Assembly (NCBI GenBank): GCA_041859875.1
Contig: JBFLFY010000004.1
Coordinates: forward strand, 8,038-72,037
Source: Caproicibacter sp.
GTDB taxonomy: Bacteria; Bacillota; Clostridia; Oscillospirales; Acutalibacteraceae
DNA length: 64,000 nt
Direction of reading: 5' to 3'
The notes under the pieces were generated by a model, which saw only the letters and a list, made by a program, of their open reading frames with translations, was not told the DNA's origin and did not search any database. The translations under genes were made by a program, and so were the position numbers. Shown here piece after piece: positions 58,599-64,000 of this stretch (its first letter is position 1; the number at the start of each line of letters is the position of its first letter).

Positions 58599-59843
58599 CT
58601 GCGTTACCAATACAATGCGGTAGATGTACACCACAAAAAGCTGCACGGCACCATCACAGCAGGCGATTCGCGTGAAGCGATTGACCAGCTGATGACAAGC
58701 GGTATGACTGTACTGAACCTCCGCCCAATGGGCGGAACAAACAGCGTGGCATCCATTTGGGAAAAAGATCTTGGCTCATCCGATATACATAAGGCCAAAA
58801 TTAAAAAGAAGCTCTTGCTGAATATGCTGAACCAGATGGCTTTGATGCTGCACGCCGGTGTTTCCCTGACAATGGCTATGGATGTTATGATTGGAAGCCA
58901 AACAGACAAAACGTTTAAAAGAATTCTGCAGGAAATGCGGCAGGACCTTCTGGGCGGCAAAACGTTTACCGCTTCCATGTCGAAATTCCGTGCCTTTCCG
59001 GAACTGGTCGTCAGCATGATTCGTTCCGGCGAAGAGAACGGCCGTCTTGATACGGCTTTTGAGCACTGCGCTTCCATACTGGAAAAGGAAATGGATCTTT
59101 CTTCCAAACTGCGCGGCGCAACCATTTACCCCTGCCTGCTTTTCATCCTGGTGATTGTGCTGATTATTGTCATGAACATTTTTGTTCTGCCGAGCTTTGC
59201 CGAGGTTTTCCAACAGTTCGGCGCGGATTTGCCTGCATTGACAAAAGGGGTCATCGCTGTTTCCAACTTTATCATCCACGACTGGTTCATTATTGTAGGC
59301 ACCGTTGCTGGCCTTATTGCAGCCTACAAGTGCGCACGGCGTTCTTCTCCGGATTTCCGCCGCCAATCTGATGCAGCTAAACTGAAATTTCCTCTTGCAG
59401 GGGAAATGATGCGTGTTTCACTCACCGCGCGTTTCTGCCGCGTAATGGCCTCGCTGATTGACGCAGGCGTTAATGTCGTACACGCCCTGCGGATTTCGCG
59501 CGACATTGTAACGAACCGCCTGATACAGACCCAACTGGACCAGGTTATTGAGGATGTCAAAGTCGGCCTGCCGATTAACGTTTCCCTCTCCCGCTTTTCC
59601 ACCTTTGACCCGCTGTTTATTTCCATGGTGAAAGCAGGCGAGGAATCCGGTATGCTGGGAGATTCCTTTTCCAAACTTGCCGACCTTTACGAGCAGCAGA
59701 CCGACGTTTATACAAAGCGCCTGACTTCTTTGATGGAGCCTATTATAACAATTATCATCGCCGTCATTGTAGGCACCGTTGTCATTTCCATTGTTCTGCC
59801 GATGTTCGGTATGTACAGCGTTATCAGCGGAAACGGAAAATAA
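58599..59843 (+). CDS. pilC: Type IV pilus platform protein PilC/GspF; start extended to non-canonical CTG 58599 (or ATT 58593)
   Basis: Two GEE(N/S)G T2SSF repeats; typical YxYxAxD...G.I.A N-terminus lies upstream of ATG 58692. Confidence 0.88.
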   Translation: MRYQYNAVDVHHKKLHGTITAGDSREAIDQLMTSGMTVLNLRPMGGTNSVASIWEKDLGSSDIHKAKIKKKLLLNMLNQMALMLHAGVSLTMAMDVMIGSQTDKTFKRILQEMRQDLLGGKTFTASMSKFRAFPELVVSMIRSGEENGRLDTAFEHCASILEKEMDLSSKLRGATIYPCLLFILVIVLIIVMNIFVLPSFAEVFQQFGADLPALTKGVIAVSNFIIHDWFIIVGTVAGLIAAYKCARRSSPDFRRQSDAAKLKFPLAGEMMRVSLTARFCRVMASLIDAGVNVVHALRISRDIVTNRLIQTQLDQVIEDVKVGLPINVSLSRFSTFDPLFISMVKAGEESGMLGDSFSKLADLYEQQTDVYTKRLTSLMEPIITIIIAVIVGTVVISIVLPMFGMYSVISGNGK

Positions 59844-60037
59844 GCCGCAAAACAAGCAGTATTCTATATAATGGTATACAGAAAAGGATGGCAGAAAACC
59901 CGTCCTTTTCTTTTTTCTCACCTTGTTTTTAGCAAAAAGAAGTATACTGTGCCTAAAAAGCCTGACGGATAAAAGCAGGGAAAGACCGGAAATAAAATTC
60001 CTCCGGTGTTATGATTCAGATATTGGAAGTGAACCAA

Positions 60038-60895
60038 ATGGATTGGATTCAGGGTATGTCAAACTCGATTGGCTACATGGAAACGCATTTGCTTGAGCCG
60101 ATTAATTACGATGGAATCGCACGGCAGGCAGGAGCCTCAACTTTTCATTTCATGCGGATGTTCAACATCCTCACGGGATTTACTGTGGGCGAGTATATCC
60201 GTAACCGCAGGCTGACGCTTGCCGGAGCAGAACTTTCGCTCTCCAAAGCAAAAATTGTTGACATTGCATTCAAGTATGGTTATGAAACACCCGAATCATT
60301 CACCAAAGCATTTCGGCATTTTCATGGAATCACGCCGTCGGCTGCGCGCGAACCGGGGGCACCGCTTAAATCCATTGGCAAACTTTCCATTCAAGTAACA
60401 TTGAAAGGGGAAAAAGTTATGAATTACAAGTTTATAGAAAAAGACGCATTTACCGTTGTAGGCAAAAAAGCTGCCGTGACCTGTGTGAACGGCGAAAATT
60501 TTAAAATTATCCCGGAATTCTGCCGGCAGTGCTCCGCAGACGGCACTGATGACCGACTTGGAAAAATGTGTACAGACAGCATGGGAGTCATGGGCATCTG
60601 CGCAAACTTTGCCAAAGAGCATTTCGATTACTATTGTGCTGTCACTTACCAGGGTGGCAATATTCCGGAAGGGATGGAAACGCTTAAAATTTCAAAGCTG
60701 ACGTGGGCTGTCTTTGAAGCGGTCGGTCCAATCCCCGGCGCGATACAGGACACATGGAAGCGGATTTTTTCCGAATGGTTTCCGTCAAGCGGGTATGAGC
60801 ACGCAGAAGGCCCGGAACTTGAAGTCTATGAGCCCGGCAATATGTCGACACCTGACTATAAAAGTTACGTCTGGATTCCTGTGAAACGGATTTAG
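60038..60895 (+). CDS. AraC-family regulator with GyrI-like effector domain
   Basis: YIRNRRLTLAG, YGYETPESFTKAF, WKRIFSEWFP. Confidence 0.92.
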   Translation: MDWIQGMSNSIGYMETHLLEPINYDGIARQAGASTFHFMRMFNILTGFTVGEYIRNRRLTLAGAELSLSKAKIVDIAFKYGYETPESFTKAFRHFHGITPSAAREPGAPLKSIGKLSIQVTLKGEKVMNYKFIEKDAFTVVGKKAAVTCVNGENFKIIPEFCRQCSADGTDDRLGKMCTDSMGVMGICANFAKEHFDYYCAVTYQGGNIPEGMETLKISKLTWAVFEAVGPIPGAIQDTWKRIFSEWFPSSGYEHAEGPELEVYEPGNMSTPDYKSYVWIPVKRI

Positions 60896-60948
60896 TTTTC
60901 ACGGTGCCCAACAATTTAGAGGCGCTGATATTTTTCTAAGATGTGTTA

Positions 60949-60980
60949 GAAAAAGGACGGGCACAAAGCCCGTCCTTTTT
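60949..60980. terminator. Bidirectional terminator
   Basis: AAAAAGGACGGGC-ACAAA-GCCCGTCCTTTTT. Confidence 0.85.
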
Positions 60981-60985
60981 CCGTT

Positions 60986-61165
60986 TCAGTGGAACATACC
61001 CTCTACATCGTCAATCAGTTCACCGATATTGTGTATCGTTTTGTCTGCGCGGCGGCGGAAGTTGCGGTCTTTTTTCATCATGCTGCCGCCTACAACCGCA
61101 AGGGCTGTTCCTGCAAGAATTCCGGCTCCAAGGCCTTTCATGAAACCCATTGTCTGCTGATGCAT
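60986..61165 (-). CDS. Small membrane-anchored protein (59 aa)
   Basis: TGGAGG RBS; FMKGLGAGILAG hydrophobic segment, basic patch, amphipathic tail. Confidence 0.7.
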   Translation of the reverse strand: MHQQTMGFMKGLGAGILAGTALAVVGGSMMKKDRNFRRRADKTIHNIGELIDDVEGMFH

Positions 61166-61299
61166 ATTGTAAAGCCTCCACATACAGTTTATACTGTGTA
61201 TTAATTTCAAGCCAATCGCTACACTCATCATCCTGCCCCTTTCGTGAAAAGATATTGGTGGAAAGTTCTTCATAAATTCTGCAAAAAAGGAGAATACTG

Positions 61300-61800
61300 A
61301 TGCCTGTTCTGAATATTGTTTTGGTCGAACCTGAAATCCCGCAGAATACCGGTAATATTGCCCGCACCTGCGCCCTTACCGGCGCCCGGCTGCATCTTGT
61401 GGAGCCGCTGGGCTTCTGTATTAACGACCGCCAGCTGAAACGTGCCGGCCTTGACTACTGGCATCTGCTGGATGTCACCCTATACAAAAGTCTTTCCGAT
61501 TTTTTTGCGCGGAATACCGGAAATTTTTACTATTTTTCTACAAAAGGAAGGAACATTTATTCCGATGTTTCTTACCCTGACGGCTGTTACCTCGTTTTTG
61601 GCAAAGAATCGGCGGGCCTGCCGGAAAACCTACTTCGTAAGAACCCGGAAACCTGCCTGCGCATCCCCATGCTGAACAACCCCGATGCCCGGAGCCTGAA
61701 TCTTTCAAATTCCGTCGCGATTGGCACCTATGAAGTTTTGCGGCAATGGAAATTTACCAATCTGCTGTGTGAAGGGCAACTGCGGGAATTCAAATGGTAA
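61300..61800 (+). CDS. trmL: tRNA (cytidine/uridine(34)-2'-O)-methyltransferase
   Basis: PEIPQNTGNIAR, RAGLDYW, FGKESAGL, RSLNLSN. Confidence 0.95.
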   Translation: MPVLNIVLVEPEIPQNTGNIARTCALTGARLHLVEPLGFCINDRQLKRAGLDYWHLLDVTLYKSLSDFFARNTGNFYYFSTKGRNIYSDVSYPDGCYLVFGKESAGLPENLLRKNPETCLRIPMLNNPDARSLNLSNSVAIGTYEVLRQWKFTNLLCEGQLREFKW

Positions 61801-61847
61801 AACTTTCACAAACTTTTCCGTTCGGGGCGAATTCGGTGCCAAAATGC

Positions 61848-61876
61848 TTGAAAAAGCACAGAAAGCGTTGTATAAT
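61848..61876 (+). promoter_or_regulatory. sigmaA promoter of pgk-tpiA
   Basis: TTGAAA-17 bp-TATAAT. Confidence 0.75.
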
Positions 61877-61933
61877 TTTTTTAGATTGTTATAAAGCAAA
61901 CAAATTAAAATCATATAAAAAAGGAGCGGCTTT

Positions 61934-63130
61934 ATGAATTATCTGAACAAAAAAACCGTGGAAGACATTGACGTATCGGGGAAAAAAGTCCTTGTACGCT
62001 GCGACTTTAATGTTCCGCTTGACGATGCCGGAAAAATTACCGACCCAAAGCGCATTGATGAAGCAATGAAAACCATTCGCTACCTCGTTGACCATAACGC
62101 AAAAGTAATCCTCTGCTCACACCTCGGCCGTCCGAAGGGTGAATTCAACATGAAGTATTCCCTTGCTCCGGTTGCCGCATACCTTTCCAAAGCACTTGGA
62201 AAGGAAGTTAAACTGGCAAAAGACGTTGTAGGCGACAGTGCAAAGAGTATCGCCGCTTCCCTCAAGAATGGTGAAGTTGAGCTGCTGGAAAACGTCCGCT
62301 TTGAAAAGGGCGAGGAAAAGAATGACCCGGCTTTTGCGAAAGAGCTGGCTTCTCTCGCAGAAATCTATGTAAACGACGCATTCGGCACGGCTCACCGCGC
62401 CCATGCTTCCACAGCGGGTGTTGCAGCTTATCTGCCAGCTGTCTGCGGTTATCTGATTCAGAAAGAAATTACCGTAATGGGCAATGCCCTTGCAAACCCG
62501 AAGCGCCCGTTTGTTGCAATTCTTGGCGGCGCAAAGGTTTCCGACAAAATCGGCGTAATTACCAACCTGCTTGACAAAGTAGACACCCTGATTATCGGCG
62601 GCGGCATGGCTTACACCTTTTTGAAGGCAATGGGCAACTCCATCGGCTCTTCCATCTGTGAAGACGACAAGGTTGAACTTGCCAAAGAGATCATGGCAAA
62701 AGCAAAGGAAAAGCACGTTGCCCTTCTGCTCCCTGTTGATAATACCATTGGCCGTGAATACAAGGCAGACACCGTTTATATGCGTATCTACTCCGACAGC
62801 ATTCCTGACGGCTGGATGGGCCTTGACATTGGCGAAAAGACACAGGAGCTCTTCTCCAAGACTCTTACCGGTGCCGGAACCGTTGTGTGGAATGGCCCGA
62901 TGGGCGTAAGCGAGTGGGGACATTTTGCTGCAGGCACAACTGCTGTTGCTCAGGCTGTAGCGGACAGCGGCGCTGTTTCCATCATTGGCGGCGGCGACTC
63001 TGCGGCAGCGATTGAAAAACTTGGTTTTGCCGACAAGATGACTCATATCTCCACAGGCGGCGGCGCTTCCCTTGAATTTCTGGAAGGCAAAGAACTTCCT
63101 GGTATTGCCTGCCTGAACGATAAGGACTAA
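61934..63130 (+). CDS. pgk: Phosphoglycerate kinase
   Basis: [43 protein letters not shown]. Confidence 0.98.
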   Translation: MNYLNKKTVEDIDVSGKKVLVRCDFNVPLDDAGKITDPKRIDEAMKTIRYLVDHNAKVILCSHLGRPKGEFNMKYSLAPVAAYLSKALGKEVKLAKDVVGDSAKSIAASLKNGEVELLENVRFEKGEEKNDPAFAKELASLAEIYVNDAFGTAHRAHASTAGVAAYLPAVCGYLIQKEITVMGNALANPKRPFVAILGGAKVSDKIGVITNLLDKVDTLIIGGGMAYTFLKAMGNSIGSSICEDDKVELAKEIMAKAKEKHVALLLPVDNTIGREYKADTVYMRIYSDSIPDGWMGLDIGEKTQELFSKTLTGAGTVVWNGPMGVSEWGHFAAGTTAVAQAVADSGAVSIIGGGDSAAAIEKLGFADKMTHISTGGGASLEFLEGKELPGIACLNDKD

Positions 63131-63140
63131 ACTGTACAGT

Positions 63141-63175
63141 AAGGGGGCGGATTTTGATTCGCCCCTTTTGTTTTT
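63141..63175 (+). terminator. Intrinsic terminator/attenuator between pgk and tpiA
   Basis: GGGGCGGA...TTCGCCCC followed by TTTTGTTTTT. Confidence 0.65.
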
Positions 63176-63214
63176 GAAACAATACATTGTGAAAAACAAG
63201 AAAGGGTAACTAAA

Positions 63215-63985
63215 ATGAATAAAAAGCTTAGGAAAGCTGTTATTGCAGGCAACTGGAAAATGAACAAAAACCCGGCAGAAGCCAAGGAACTGATAGAAGG
63301 CATTAAGCCGCTTGTAAAAGATGCTGGCTGCAGCGTTGTCGTCTGTGTTCCTTATGTTGACCTTACAACTGTTTTGAAATCTGCAAAAGGCACAAATATT
63401 GGCGTAGGTGCTGAAAACTGCCACTGGGAAACTTCCGGCGCATACACCGGCGAAGTTTCGGCTCCAATGCTCACTTCCATGGGCGTTCAGTACGTCATCA
63501 TCGGCCACAGCGAACGCCGCACCTACTTTGGTGAAACAAACGAAACCGTTAACAAGCGCGTCCGTGCCGCATTAAACGCAGGCCTGAACGTCATCGTCTG
63601 CGTCGGTGAATCTCTGGCTCAGCGCGAGCAGGGCGTTACCAACGAGCTGGTTGCTATGCAGACAAAGATTGCCCTTGGCGGAGTAGCCAAAGAAGAACTG
63701 AAAAAAGTTATCATCGCTTATGAACCAATCTGGGCTATCGGCACCGGAAAAACTGCAACAGCACAGCAGGCAAACGAAGTCTGCGCCGTAATCCGTTCTA
63801 CCATTGCAGGCCTCTATGGCAAAGACGCTGCCGACGCGTTCACCGTACAGTACGGCGGCTCCATGAACGCGAAGAACTGCGCAGAGCTTCTTGCACAGCC
63901 GGATGTTGACGGCGGCCTTATCGGCGGTGCTTCCCTGAAACCAGCTGACTTTGCAACAATCGTAAAAACCGCAACAGAAGGCTAA
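63215..63985 (+). CDS. tpiA: Triosephosphate isomerase
   Basis: AGNWKMN, GHSERR, AYEPIWAIGTG, YGGS, GGASL. Confidence 0.98.
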   Translation: MNKKLRKAVIAGNWKMNKNPAEAKELIEGIKPLVKDAGCSVVVCVPYVDLTTVLKSAKGTNIGVGAENCHWETSGAYTGEVSAPMLTSMGVQYVIIGHSERRTYFGETNETVNKRVRAALNAGLNVIVCVGESLAQREQGVTNELVAMQTKIALGGVAKEELKKVIIAYEPIWAIGTGKTATAQQANEVCAVIRSTIAGLYGKDAADAFTVQYGGSMNAKNCAELLAQPDVDGGLIGGASLKPADFATIVKTATEG

Positions 63986-64000
63986 TTTGCCGGAAGGCTC

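Overview
Core-genome window of a spore-forming Clostridia bacterium. GC is about 50%, and gene content and style resemble Oscillospirales/Acutalibacteraceae (inference). Housekeeping content: fakA-recG, a D,D-carboxypeptidase, rpmG-secE-nusG-rplKA-rplJL with L1 and L10 autoregulatory leaders, ddl-DUF1934-argS, rsmA, glgBCDA, gap, citrate synthase, spoIID, trmL and pgk-tpiA. Accessory-type content: a PadR-DUF1700-DUF4097-ABC operon whose permease has an in-frame nonsense codon, an MMPL transporter with a large secreted partner and a divergent two-component system, and a collapsed lsa-type ABC-F pseudogene that keeps its attenuator. The most interesting element is a complete type IV pilus locus (47.5-59.8 kb). 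A divergent operon encodes three minor pilins, two of which carry colinear paralogous domains of about 400 aa that I cannot assign. The region between the two operons is structured and holds overlapping promoters, a candidate sRNA with a 9-codon ORF, and a long pilA leader. pilC appears to start at a non-canonical codon. I saw no tRNA, rRNA, CRISPR array, IS element or prophage.
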